Assembly (NCBI GenBank): GCA_964016885.1
Contig: OZ024754.1
Span: 25,234,001 to 25,298,000 of the forward strand
Source: Eledone cirrhosa
Lineage: Eukaryota
Direction: 5' to 3'
Length of the DNA: 64,000 nt
The notes beneath the pieces are model-generated. The model was not told the DNA's origin. It saw only the letters and a program-made list of their open reading frames with translations, and made no database searches. A program made the translations under genes and the position numbers. This document shows positions 1 through 14,460 of the stretch, piece after piece. Every line of letters starts with the position of its first letter. Positions within the stretch are counted from its first letter, which is position 1.

Positions 1-119
1 ATAGACATAGAATATTCGAAAATATTCTGTATGTTTATAATAAACATTTTGAAGACCTAATCGCTATAGAATAGAATACGTCACGTATTACAATTAGATT
101 CTCGATAAAAGCAAGGGAA

Positions 120-162
120 GTAACCTACGCGTTTCATTCTTATTAGAAATCTTCAGGATTAC
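120..162 (-). ncRNA. Type I hammerhead ribozyme, family A (core; distal stem I shortened by the adjacent TA tract)
   Basis: The minus strand reads GUAAUC CUGAAGA U UUCU AAUA AGAA U GAAA CGCG UA GGUUAC. It has the CUGANGA and GAAA boxes, a GUA cleavage triplet, and stem I GUAAUC/GGUUAC (6 bp including one G-U). Confidence 0.85.
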
Positions 163-177
163 ATATCCAGTGCTTTT

Positions 178-572
<395 letters not shown>

Positions 573-1022
573 GAAATTGGATTAAATGCTCTGAAATAGC
601 GATATATATGTGAAGATAGACATAGAATATTCGAAAATATTCTGTATGTTTATAATAAACATTTTGAAGACCTAATCGCTATAGAATAGAATACGTCACG
701 TATTACAATTAGATTCTCGATAAAAGCAAGTGAAGTAACCTACGCGTTTCATTCTTATTAGAAATCTTCAGGATTACATATCCAGTGCTTTTATCGAGAA
801 TGACACAGCTAGAGACTTATAGAATACTTAGCTGTGTACAGGAACTGGTTTGAAAGAGCGGTTGCCGGTCCGGCAGAAATTAGAAATTGGATTAAATGCT
901 CTGAAATAGCGATATATATGTGAAGATAGACATAGAATATTCGAAAATATTCTGTATGTTTATAATAAACATTTTGAAGACCTAATCGCTATAGAATAGA
1001 ATACGTCACGTATTACAATTAG

Positions 1023-1111
1023 ATTCTCGATAAAAGCAAGGGAAGTAACCTACGCGTTTCATTCTTATTAGAAATCTTCAGGATTACATATCCAGTGCTT
1101 TTATCGAGAAT
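1023..1111 (-). ncRNA. Type I hammerhead ribozyme, family A (representative full-length copy; one per intact 310-bp monomer)
   Basis: The core spans 1045-1087 and the predicted cleavage is between plus-strand positions 1051 and 1050. Distal stem I is the perfect 16-bp inverted repeat attctcgataaaagca (1023-1038) / tgcttttatcgagaat (1096-1111). Stem III is the minimal palindrome ACGCGU. Confidence 0.92.
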
Positions 1112-1744
1112 GACACAGCTAGAGACTTATAGAATACTTAGCTGTGTACAGGAACTGGTTTGAAAGAGCCGTTGCCGGTCCGGCAGAAATTAGAAATTGG
1201 ATTAAATGCTCTGAAATAGCGATATATATATGAAGATAGACATAGAATATTCGAAAACATTCTGTGTTTATAATAAACATTTTGAAGACCTAATACAATA
1301 CGTCACGTATTACAATTAGATTCTCGATAAAAGCAAGGGAAGTAACCTACGCGTTTCATTCTTATTAGAAATCTTCAGGATTACATATCCAGTGCTTTTA
1401 TCGAGAATGACACAGCTAGAGACTTATAAAATACTTAGCTGTGTACAGGAACTGGTTTGAAAGAGCGGTTGCCGGTCCGGCAGAAATTAGAAATTGGATT
1501 AAATGCTCTGAAATAGCGATATATATGTGAAGATAGACATAGAATATTCGAAAATATTCTGTATGTTTATAAGAAACATTTTGAAGACCTAATCGCTATA
1601 GAATAGAATACGTCACGTATTACAATTAGATTCTCGATAAAAGCAAGGGAAGTAACCTACGCGTTTCATTCTTATTAGAAATCTTCAGGATTACATATCC
1701 AGTGCTTTTATATATATATACATATATATATACATATACATATA

Positions 1745-1778
<34 letters not shown>

Positions 1779-1887
1779 CATATACATATATATATATATG
1801 TATACATATATATACATATATATATATACATATACATATATATATATACATATACATATATATATATACATATATATATATACATAC

Positions 1888-2055
<168 letters not shown>

Positions 2056-3626
2056 GTATACAAATATATATATATATATACATATTTATATATATATATA
2101 CAAATATATATATATACATATATATATATACATATATATATATAGAAATTGGATTAAATGCTCTGAAATAGCGATATATATGTGAAGATAGACATAGAAT
2201 ATTCGAAAATATTCTGTATGTTTATAATAAACATTTTGAAGACCTAATCGCTATAGAATAGAATACGTCACGTATTACAATTAGATTCTCGATAAAAGCA
2301 AGGGAAGTAACCTACGCGTTTCATTCTTATTAGAAATCTTCAGGATTACATATCCAGTGCTTTTATCGAGAATGACACAGCTAGAGACTTATAGAATACT
2401 TAGCTGTGTACAGGAACTGGTTTGAAAGAGCGGTTGCCGGTCCGGCAGAAATTAGAAATTGGAATAAATGCTCTGAAATAGCGATATATATGTGAAGATA
2501 GACATAGAATATTCGAAAATATTCTGTATGTTTATAATAAACATTTTGAAGACCTAATCGCTATAGAATAGAATACGTCACGTATTACAATTAGATTCTC
2601 GATAAAAGCAAGGGAAGTAACCTACGCGTTTCATTCTTATTAGAAATCTTCAGGATTACATATCCTGTGCTTTTATCGAGAATGACACAGCTAGAGACTT
2701 ATAGAATACTTAGCTGTGTACAGGAACTGGTTTGAAAGAGCGGTTGCCGGTCCGGCAGAAATTAGAAATTGGAATAAATGCTCTGAAATAGCGATATATA
2801 TGTGAAGATAGACATAGAATATTCGAAAATATTCTGTATGTTTATAATAAACATTTTGAAGACCTAATCGCTATAGAATAGAATACGTCACGTATTACAA
2901 TTAGATTCTCGATAAAAGCAAGGGAAGTAACCTACGCGTTTCATTCTTATTAGAAATCTTCAGGATTACATATCCAGTGCTTTTATCGAGAATGACACAG
3001 CTAGAGACTTATAGAATACTTAGCTGTGTACAGGAACTGGTTTGAAAGAGCCGTTGCCGGTCCGGCAGAAATTAGAAATTGGATTAAATGCTCTGAAATA
3101 GCGATATATATATGAAGATAGACATAGAATATTCGAAAACATTCTGTGTTTATAATAAACATTTTGAAGACCTAATACAATACGTCACGTATTACAATTA
3201 GATTCTCGATAAAAGCAAGGGAAGTAACCTACGCGTTTCATTCTTATTAGAAATCTTCAGGATTACATATCCAGTGCTTTTATCGAGAATGACACAGCTA
3301 GAGACTTATAAAATACTTAGCTGTGTACAGGAACTGGTTTGAAAGAGCGGTTGCCGGTCCGGCAGAAATTAGAAATTGGATTAAATGCTCTGAAATAGCG
3401 ATATATATGTGAAGATAGACATAGAATATTCGAAAATATTCTGTATGTTTATAATAAACATTTTGAAGACCTAATCGCTATAGAATAGAATACGTCACGT
3501 ATTACAATTAGATTCTCGATAAAAGCAAGGGAAGTAACCTACGCGTTTCATTCTTATTAGAAATCTTCAGGATTACATATCCAGTGCTTTTATATATATA
3601 TACATATATATATACATATACATATA

Positions 3627-3660
<34 letters not shown>

Positions 3661-3769
3661 CATATACATATATATATATATGTATACATATATATACATA
3701 TATATATATACATATACATATATATATATACATATACATATATATATATACATATATATATATACATAC

Positions 3770-3939
<170 letters not shown>

Positions 3940-4903
3940 GTATACAAATATATATATATATATACATATTTATATATATATATACAAATATATATATATA
4001 CATATATATATATACATATATATATATAGAAATTGGATTAAATGCTCTGAAATAGCGATATATATGTGAAGATAGACATAGAATATTCGAAAATATTCTG
4101 TATGTTTATAATAAACATTTTGAAGACCTAATCGCTATAGAATAGAATACGTCACGTATTACAATTAGATTCTCGATAAAAGCAAGGGAAGTAACCTACG
4201 CGTTTCATTCTTATTAGAAATCTTCAGGATTACATATCCAGTGCTTTTATCGAGAATGACACAGCTAGAGACTTATAGAATACTTAGCTGTGTACAGGAA
4301 CTGGTTTGAAAGAGCGGTTGCCGGTCCGGCAGAAATTAGAAATTGGAATAAATGCTCTGAAATAGCGATATATATGTGAAGATAGACATAGAATATTCGA
4401 AAATATTCTGTATGTTTATAATAAACATTTTGAAGACCTAATCGCTATAGAATAGAATACGTCACGTATTACAATTAGATTCTCGATAAAAGCAAGGGAA
4501 GTAACCTACGCGTTTCATTCTTATTAGAAATCTTCAGGATTACATATCCTGTGCTTTTATCGAGAATGACACAGCTAGAGACTTATAGAATACTTAGCTG
4601 TGTACAGGAACTGGTTTGAAAGAGCGGTTGCCGGTCCGGCAGAAATTAGAAATTGGAATAAATGCTCTGAAATAGCGATATATATGTGAAGATAGACATA
4701 GAATATTCGAAAATATTCTGTATGTTTATAATAAACATTTTGAAGACCTAATCGCTATAGAATAGAATACGTCACGTATTACAATTAGATTCTCGATAAA
4801 AGCAAGGGAAGTAACCTACGCGTTTCATTCTTATTAGAAATCTTCAGGATTACATATCCAGTGCTTTTATATATATATACATATATATATACATATACAT
4901 ATA

Positions 4904-4935
<32 letters not shown>

Positions 4936-5048
4936 AACATATACATATATATATATATGTATACATATATATACATATATATATATACATATACATATAT
5001 ATATATACATATACATATATATATATACATATATATATATATACATAC

Positions 5049-5207
<159 letters not shown>

Positions 5208-5209
5208 CA

Positions 5210-5247
<38 letters not shown>

Positions 5248-5250
5248 CAA

Positions 5251-5285
<35 letters not shown>

Positions 5286-8200
5286 CAAATATATATATAT
5301 ACATATATATATATACATATATATATATAGAAATTGGATTAAATGCTCTGAAATAGCGATATATATGTGAAGATAGACATAGAATATTCGAAAATATTCT
5401 GTATGTTTATAATAAACATTTTGAAGACCTAATCGCTATAGAATAGAATACGTCACGTATTACAATTAGATTCTCGATAAAAGCAAGGGAAGTAACCTAC
5501 GCGTTTCATTCTTATTAGAAATCTTCAGGATTACATATCCAGTGCTTTTATCGAGAATGACACAGCTAGAGACTTATAGAATACTTAGCTGTGTACAGGA
5601 ACTGGTTTGAAAGAGCGGTTGCCGGTCCGGCAGAAATTAGAAATTGGAATAAATGCTCTGAAATAGCGATATATATGTGAAGATAGACATAGAATATTCG
5701 AAAATATTCTGTATGTTTATAATAAATATTTTGAAGACCTAATCGCTATAGAATAGAATACGTCACGTATTACAATTAGATTCTCGATAAAAGCAAGGGA
5801 AGTAACCTACGCGTTTCATTCTTATTAGAAATCTTCAGGATTACATATCCAGTGCTTTTATCGAGAATGACACAGCTAGAGACTTATAGAATACTTAGCT
5901 GTGTACAGGAACTGGTTTGAAAGAGCGGATGCCGGTCCGGCAGAAATTAGAAATTGGAATAAATGCTCTGAAATAGCGATATATATGTGAAGATAGACAT
6001 AGAATATTCGAAAATATTCTGTATGTTTATAATAAACATTTTGAACACCTAATCGCTATAGAATAGAATACGTCACGTATTACAATTAGATTCTCGATAA
6101 AAGCAAGGGAAGTAACCTACGCGTTTCATTCTTATTAGAAATCTTCAGGATTACATATCCAGTGCTTTTATCGAGAATGACACAGCTAGAGACTTATAGA
6201 ATACTTAGCTGTGTACAGGAACTGGTTTGAAAGAGCGGTTGCCGGTCCGGCAAAAATTAGAAATTGGATTAAATGCTCTGAAATAGCGATATATATGTGA
6301 AGATAGACATAGAATATTCGAAAATATTCTGTATGTTTATAATAAACATTTTGAAGACCTAATCGCTATAGAATAGAATACGTCACGTATTACAATTAGA
6401 TTCTCGATAAAAGCAAGGGAAGTAACCTACGCGTTTCATTCTTATTAGAAATCTTCAGGATTACATATCCAGTGCTTTTATCGAGAATGACACAGCTAGA
6501 GACTTATAGAATACTTAGCTGTGTACAGGAACTGGTTTGAAAGAGCGGTTGCCGGTCCGGCAGAAATTAGTAATTGGATTAAATGCTCTGAAATAGCGAT
6601 ATATATGTGAAGATAGACATAGAATATTCGAAAATATTCTGTATGTTTATAATAAACATTTTGAAGACCTAATCGCTATAGAATAGAATACGTCACGTAT
6701 TACAATTAGATTCTCGATAAAAGCAAGGGAAGTAACCTACGCGTTTCATTCTTATTAGAAATCTTCAGGATTACATATCCAGTGCTTTTATCGAGAATGA
6801 CACAGCTAGAGACTTATAGAATACTTAGCTGTGTACAGGACCTGGTTTGAAAGAGCGGTTGCCGGTCCGGCAGAAATTAGAAATTGGATTAAATGCTCTG
6901 AAATAGCGATATATATGTGAAGATAGACATAGAATATTCGAAAATATTCTGTATGTTTATAATAAACATTTTGAAGACCTAATCGCTATAGAATAGAATA
7001 CGTCACGTATTACAATTAGATTCTCGATAAAAGCAAGGGAAGTAACCTACGCGTTTCATTCTTATTAGAAATCTTCAGGATTACATATCCAGTGCTTTTA
7101 TCGAGAATGACACAGCTAGAGACTTATAGAATACTTAGCTGTGTACAGGAACTGGTTTGAAAGAGCGGTTGCCGGTCCGGCAGAAATTAGAAGTTGGAAT
7201 AAATGCTCTGAAATAGCGATATATATGTGAAGATAGACATAGAATATTCGAAAATATTCTGTATGTTTATAATAAACATTTTGAACACCTAATCGCTATA
7301 GAATAGAATACGTCACGTATTACAATTAGATTCTCGATAAAAGCAAGGGAAGTAACCTACGCGTTTCATTCTTATTAGAAATCTTCAGGATTACATATCC
7401 AGTGCTTTTATCGAGAATGACACAGCTAGAGACTTATAGAATACTTAGCTGTGTACAGGAACTGGTTTGAAAGAGCGGTTGCCGGTCCGGCAGAAATTAG
7501 AAATTGGATTAAATGCTCTGAAATAGCGATATATATGTGAAGATAGACATAGAATATTCGAAAATATTCTGTATGTTTATAATAAACATTTTGAAGACCT
7601 AATCGCTATAGAATAGAATACGTCACGTATTACAATTAGATTCTCGATAAAAGCAAGGGAAGTAACCTACGCGTTTCATTCTTATTAGAAATCTTCAGGA
7701 TTGCATATCCAGTGCTTTTATCGAGAATGACACAGCTAGAGACTTATAGAATACTTAGCTGTGTACAGGAACTGGTTTGAAAGAGCGGTTGCCGGTCCGG
7801 CAGAAATTAGAAATTGGAATAAATGCTCTGAAATAGCGATATATATGTGAAGATAGACATAGAATATTCGAAAATATTCTGTATGTTTATAATAAACATT
7901 TTGAAGACCTAATCGCTATAGAATAGAATACGTCACGTATTACAATTAGATTCTCGATAAAAGCAAGGGAAGTAACCTACGCGTTTCATTCTTATTAGAA
8001 ATCTTCAGGATTACATATCCAGTGCTTTTATCGAGAATGACACAGTTAGAGACTTATAGAATACTTAGCTGTGTACAGGAACTGGTTTGAAAGAGCGGTT
8101 GCCGGTCCGGCAGAAATTAGAAATTGGATTAAATGCTCTGAAATAGCGATATATATGTGAAGATAGACATAGAATATTCGAAAACATTCTGTATGTTTAT

Positions 8201-8814
8201 AATAAACATTTTGAAGACCTAATCGCTATAGAATAGAATACGTCACGTATTACAATTAGATTCTCGATAAAAGCAAGGGAAGTAACCTACGCGTTTCATT
8301 CTTATTAGAAATCTTCATGATTACATATCCAGTGCTTTTATCGAGAATGACACAGCTAGAGACTTATAGAATACTTAGCTGTGTACAGGAACTGGTTTGA
8401 AAGAGCAGTTGCCGGTCCGGCAGAAATTAGAAATTGGATTAAATGCTCTGAAATAGCGATATATATGTGAAGATAGACATAGAATATTCGAAAATATTCT
8501 GTATGTTTATAATAAACATTTTGAAGACCTAATCGCTATAGAATAGAATACGTCACGTATTACAATTAGATTCTCGATAAAAGCAAGGGAAGTAACCTAC
8601 GCGTTTCATTCTTATTAGAAATCTTCATGATTACATATCCAGTGCTTTTATCGAGAATGACACAGCTAGAGACTTATAGAATACTTAGCTGTGTACAGGA
8701 ACTCGTTTGAAAGAGCAGTTGCCGGTCCGGCAGAAATTAGAAATTGGATTAAATGCTCTGAAATAGCGATATATATGTGAAGATAGACATAGAATATTCG
8801 AAAATATTCTGTAT

Positions 8815-8904
8815 ATGTATATATATATGTATATATATATATACATATATATACATATATATACATATACATATATATATATATACATATACATATACAT
8901 ATAC
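8815..8904. repeat. Short ~90-bp TA/TG/CA microsatellite insertion (M-variant; 4 copies)
   Basis: It replaces gttt in ctgtat-gttt-ataataaac. The same tract occurs at about 12346, 18361 and 24301. Confidence 0.9.
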
Positions 8905-9390
8905 ATAATAAACATTTTGAAGACCTAATCGCTATAGAATAGAATACGTCACGTATTACAATTAGATTCTCGATAAAAGCAAGGGAAGTAACCTACGCGT
9001 TTCATTCTTATTAGAAATCTTCTGGATTACATATCCAGTGCTTTTATCGAGAATGACACAGCTAGAGACTTATAGAATACTTAGCTGTGTACAGGAACTG
9101 GTTTGAAAGAGCGGTTGCCGGTCCGGCAGAAATTAGAAATTGGAATAAATGCTCTGAAATAGCGATATATATGTGAAGATAGACATAGAATATTCGAAAA
9201 TATTCTGTATGTTTATAATAAACATTTTGAAGACCTAATCGCTATAGAATAGAATACGTCACGTATTACAATTAGATTCTCGATAAAAGCAAGGGAAGTA
9301 ACCTACGCGTTTCATTCTTATTAGAAATCTTCAGGATTACATATCCAGTGCTTTTATATATATATACATATATATATACATATACATATA

Positions 9391-9424
<34 letters not shown>

Positions 9425-9533
9425 CATATACATATATATATATATGTATACATATATATACATATATATATATACATATACATATATATATATACATATA
9501 CATATATATATATACATATATATATATACATAC

Positions 9534-9590
<57 letters not shown>

Positions 9591-9600
9591 CATATATATC

Positions 9601-9706
<106 letters not shown>

Positions 9707-9708
9707 CA

Positions 9709-9746
<38 letters not shown>

Positions 9747-12700
9747 CAAATATATATATATACATATATATATATACATATATATATATAGAAATTGGAT
9801 TAAATGCTCTGAAATAGCGATATATATGTGAAGATAGACATAGAATATTCGAAAATATTCTGTATGTTTATAATAAACATTTTGAAGACCTAATCGCTAT
9901 AGAATAGAATACGTCACGTATTACAATTAGATTCTCGATAAAAGCAAGGGAAGTAACCTACGCGTTTCATTCTTATTAGAAATCTTCAGGATTACATATC
10001 CAGTGCTTTTATCGAGAATGACACAGCTAGAGACTTATAGAATACTTAGCTGTGTACAGGAACTGGTTTGAAAGAGCGGTTGCCGGTCCGGCAGAAATTA
10101 GAAATTGGATTAAATGCTCTGAAATAGCGATATATATGTGAAGATAGACATAGAATATTCGAAAATATTCTGTATGTTTATAATAAACATTTTGAAGACC
10201 TAATCGCTATAGAATAGAATACGTCACGTATTACAATTAGATTCTCGATAAAAGCAAGGGAAGTAACCTACGCGTTTCATTCTTATTAGAAATCTTCAGG
10301 ATTACATATCCAGTGCTTTTATCGAGAATGACACAGCTAGAGACTTATAGAATACTTAGCTGTGTACAGGAACTGGTTTGAAAGAGCGGTTGCCGGTCCG
10401 GCAGAAATTAGAAATTGGAATAAATGCTCTGAAATAGCGATATATATGTGAAGATAGACATAGAATATTCGAAAATATTCTGTATGTTTATAATAAACAT
10501 TTTGAAGACCTAATCGCTATAGAATAGAATACGTCACGTATTACAATTAGATTCTCGATAAAAGCAAGGGAAGTAACCTACGCGTTTCATTCTTATTAGA
10601 AATCTTCAGGATTACATATCCAGTGCTTTTATCGAGAATGACACAGCTAGAGACTTATAGAATACTTAGCTGTGTACAGGAACTGGTTTGAAAGAGCGGA
10701 TGCCGGTCCGGCAGAAATTAGAAATTGGAATAAATGCTCTGAAATAGCGATATATATGTGAAGATAGACATAGAATATTCGAAAATATTCTGTATGTTTA
10801 TAATAAACATTTTGAAGACCTAATCGCTATAGAATAGAATACGTCACGTATTACAATTAGATTCTCGATAAAAGCAAGGGAAGTAACCTACGCGTTTCAT
10901 TCTTATTAGAAATCTTCAGGATTACATATCCAGTGCTTTTATCGAGAATGACACAGCTAGAGACTTATAGAATACTTAGCTGTGTACAGGAACTGGTTTG
11001 AAAGAGCGGTTGCCGGTCCGGCAGAAATTAGAAATTGGATTAAATGCTCTGAAATAGCGATATATATGTGAAGATAGACATAGAATATTCGAAAATATTC
11101 TGTATGTTTATAATAAACATTTTGAAGACCTAATCGCTATAGAATAGAATACGTCACGTATTACAATTAGATTCTCGATAAAAGCAAGGGAAGTAACCTA
11201 CGCGTTTCATTCTTATTAGAAATCTTCAGGATTACATATCCAGTGCTTTTATCGAGAATGACACAGCTAGAGACTTATAGAATACTTAGCTGTGTACAGG
11301 AACTGGTTTGAAAGAGCGGATGCCGGTCCGGCAGAAATTAGAAATTGGAATAAATGCTCTGAAATAGCGATATATATGTGAAGATAGACATAGAATATTC
11401 GAAAATATTCTGTATGTTTATAATAAACATTTTGAAGACCTAATCGCTATAGAATAGAATACGTCACGTATTACAATTAGATTCTCGATAAAAGCAAGGG
11501 AAGTGACCTACGCGTTTCATTCTTATTAGAAATCTTCAGGATTACATATCCAGTGCTTTTATCGAGAATGACACAGCTAGAGACTTATAGAATACTTAGC
11601 TGTGTACAGGAACTGGTTTGAAAGAGCGGTTGCCGGTCCGGCAGAAATTAGAAATTGGATTAAATGCTCTGAAATAGCGATATATATGTGAAGATAGACA
11701 TAGAATATTCGAAAATATTCTGTATGTTTATAATAAACATTTTGAAGACCTAATCGCTATAGAATAGAATACGTCACGTATTACAATTAGATTCTCGATA
11801 AAAACAAGGGAAGTAACCTACGCGTTTCATTCTTATTAGAAATCTTCAGGATTACATATCCAGTGCTTTTATCGAGAATGACACAGCTAGAGACTTATAG
11901 AATACTTAGCTGTGTACAGGAACTGGTTTGAAAGAGCGGTTGCCGGTCCGGCAGAAATTAGAAATTGGATTAAATGCTCTGAAATAGCGATATATATGTG
12001 AAGATAGACATAGAATATTCGAAAATATTCTGTATGTTTATAATAAACATTTTGAAGACCTAATCGCTATAGAATAGAATACGTCACGTATTACAATTAG
12101 ATTCTCGATAAAAGCAAGGGAAGTAACCTACGCGTTTCATTCTTATTAGAAATCTTCAGGATTACATATCCAGTGCTTTTATCGAGAATGACACAGCTAG
12201 AGACTTATAGAATACTTAGCTGTGTACAGGAACTGGTTTGAAAGAGCGGTTGCCGGTCCGGCAGAAATTAGAAATTGGAATAAATGCTCTGAAATAGCGA
12301 TATATATGTGAAGATAGACATAGAATATTCGAAAATATTCTGTATATGTATATATATATGTATATATATATATACATATATATACATATATATACATATA
12401 CATATATATATATATACATATACATATACATATACATAATAAACATTTTGAAGACCTAATCGCTATAGAATAGAATACGTCACGTATTACAATTAGATTC
12501 TCGATAAAAGCAAGGGAAGTAACCTACGCGTTTCATTCTTATTAGAAATCTTCTGGATTACATATCCAGTGCTTTTATCGAGAATGACACAGCTAGAGAC
12601 TTATAGAATACTTAGCTGTGTACAGGAACTGGTTTGAAAGAGCGGTTGCCGGTCCGGCAGAAATTAGAAATTGGAATAAATGCTCTGAAATAGCGATATA

Positions 12701-12923
12701 TATGTGAGAAGATAGACATAGAATATTCGAAAATATTCTGTATGTTTATAATAAACATTTTGAAGACCTAATCGCTATAGAATAGAATACGTCACGTATT
12801 ACAATTAGATTCTCGATAAAAGCAAGGGAAGTAACCTACGCGTTTCATTCTTATTAGAAATCTTCAGGATTACATATCCAGTGCTTTTATATATATATAC
12901 ATATATATATACATATACATATA

Positions 12924-12957
<34 letters not shown>

Positions 12958-13066
12958 CATATACATATATATATATATGTATACATATATATACATATAT
13001 ATATATACATATACATATATATATATACATATACATATATATATATACATATATATATATACATAC

Positions 13067-13123
<57 letters not shown>

Positions 13124-13133
13124 CATATATATC

Positions 13134-13241
<108 letters not shown>

Positions 13242-13243
13242 CA

Positions 13244-13281
<38 letters not shown>

Positions 13282-14417
13282 CAAATATATATATATACAT
13301 ATATATATATACATATATATATATAGAAATTGGATTAAATGCTCTGAAATAGCGATATATATGTGAAGATAGACATAGAATATTCGAAAATATTCTGTAT
13401 GTTTATAATAAACATTTTGAAGACCTAATCGCTATAGAATAGAATACGTCACGTATTACAATTAGATTCTCGATAAAAGCAAGGGAAGTAACCTACGCGT
13501 TTCATTCTTATTAGAAATCTTCAGGATTACATATCCAGTGCTTTTATCGAGAATGACACAGCTAGAGACTTATAGAATACTTAGCTGTGTACAGGAACTG
13601 GTTTGAAAGAGCGGTTGCCGGTCCGGCAGAAATTAGAAATTGGATTAAATGCTCTGAAATAGCGATATATATGTGAAGATAGACATAGAATATTCGAAAA
13701 TATTCTGTATGTTTATAATAAACATTTTGAAGACCTAATCGCTATAGAATAGAATACGTCACGTATTACAATTAGATTCTCGATAAAAGCAAGGGAAGTA
13801 ACCTACGCGTTTCATTCTTATTAGAAATCTTCAGGATTACATATCCAGTGCTTTTATCGAGAATGACACAGCTAGAGACTTATAGAATACTTAGCTGTGT
13901 ACAGGAACTGGTTTGAAAGAGCGGTTGCCGGTCCGGCAGAAATTAGAAATTGGAATAAATGCTCTGAAATAGCGATATATATGTGAAGATAGACATAGAA
14001 TATTCGAAAATATTCTGTATGTTTATAATAAACATTTTGAAGACCTAATCGCTATAGAATAGAATACGTCACGTATTACAATTAGATTCTCGATAAAAGC
14101 AAGGGAAGTAACCTACGCGTTTCATTCTTATTAGAAATCTTCAGGATTACATATCCAGTGCTTTTATCGAGAATGACACAGCTAGAGACTTATAGAATAC
14201 TTAGCTGTGTACAGGAACTGGTTTGAAAGAGCGGATGCCGGTCCGGCAGAAATTAGAAATTGGAATAAATGCTCTGAAATAGCGATATATATGTGAAGAT
14301 AGACATAGAATATTCGAAAATATTCTGTATGTTTATAATAAACATTTTGAAGACCTAATCGCTATAGAATAGAATACGTCACGTATTACAATTAGATTCT
14401 CGATAAAAGCAAGGGAA

Positions 14418-14460
14418 GTAACCTACGCGTTTCATTCTTATTAGAAATCTTCAGGATTAC
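14418..14460 (-). ncRNA. Type I hammerhead ribozyme, family A (copy in the homogeneous 13.3-18.3 kb block)
   Basis: The same core gtaacctacgcgtttcattcttattagaaatcttcaggattac repeats every 310 bp through this block. Confidence 0.9.

Noticed and set aside
896-912. Plus-strand ctctgaaatagcg as a possible second (ambisense) hammerhead in family A
   Set aside because: CUGAAAU does not match CUGANGA, and no stem II/GAAA/NUH arrangement follows.
1174-1195. GC-rich hairpin tgccggtccggca followed by ...ttag, resembling a Helitron 3' end
   Set aside because: There is no CTRR terminus, 5' TC end or A/T insertion boundary. It is an internal part of a head-to-tail monomer that is better explained by the hammerhead repeat.
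1170-1200. Minus-strand AAUUUCUG + hairpin as a possible Sm site of an SL RNA or snRNA
   Set aside because: The U-tract is too poor, and no splice donor, leader or recognisable snRNA sequence lies upstream.
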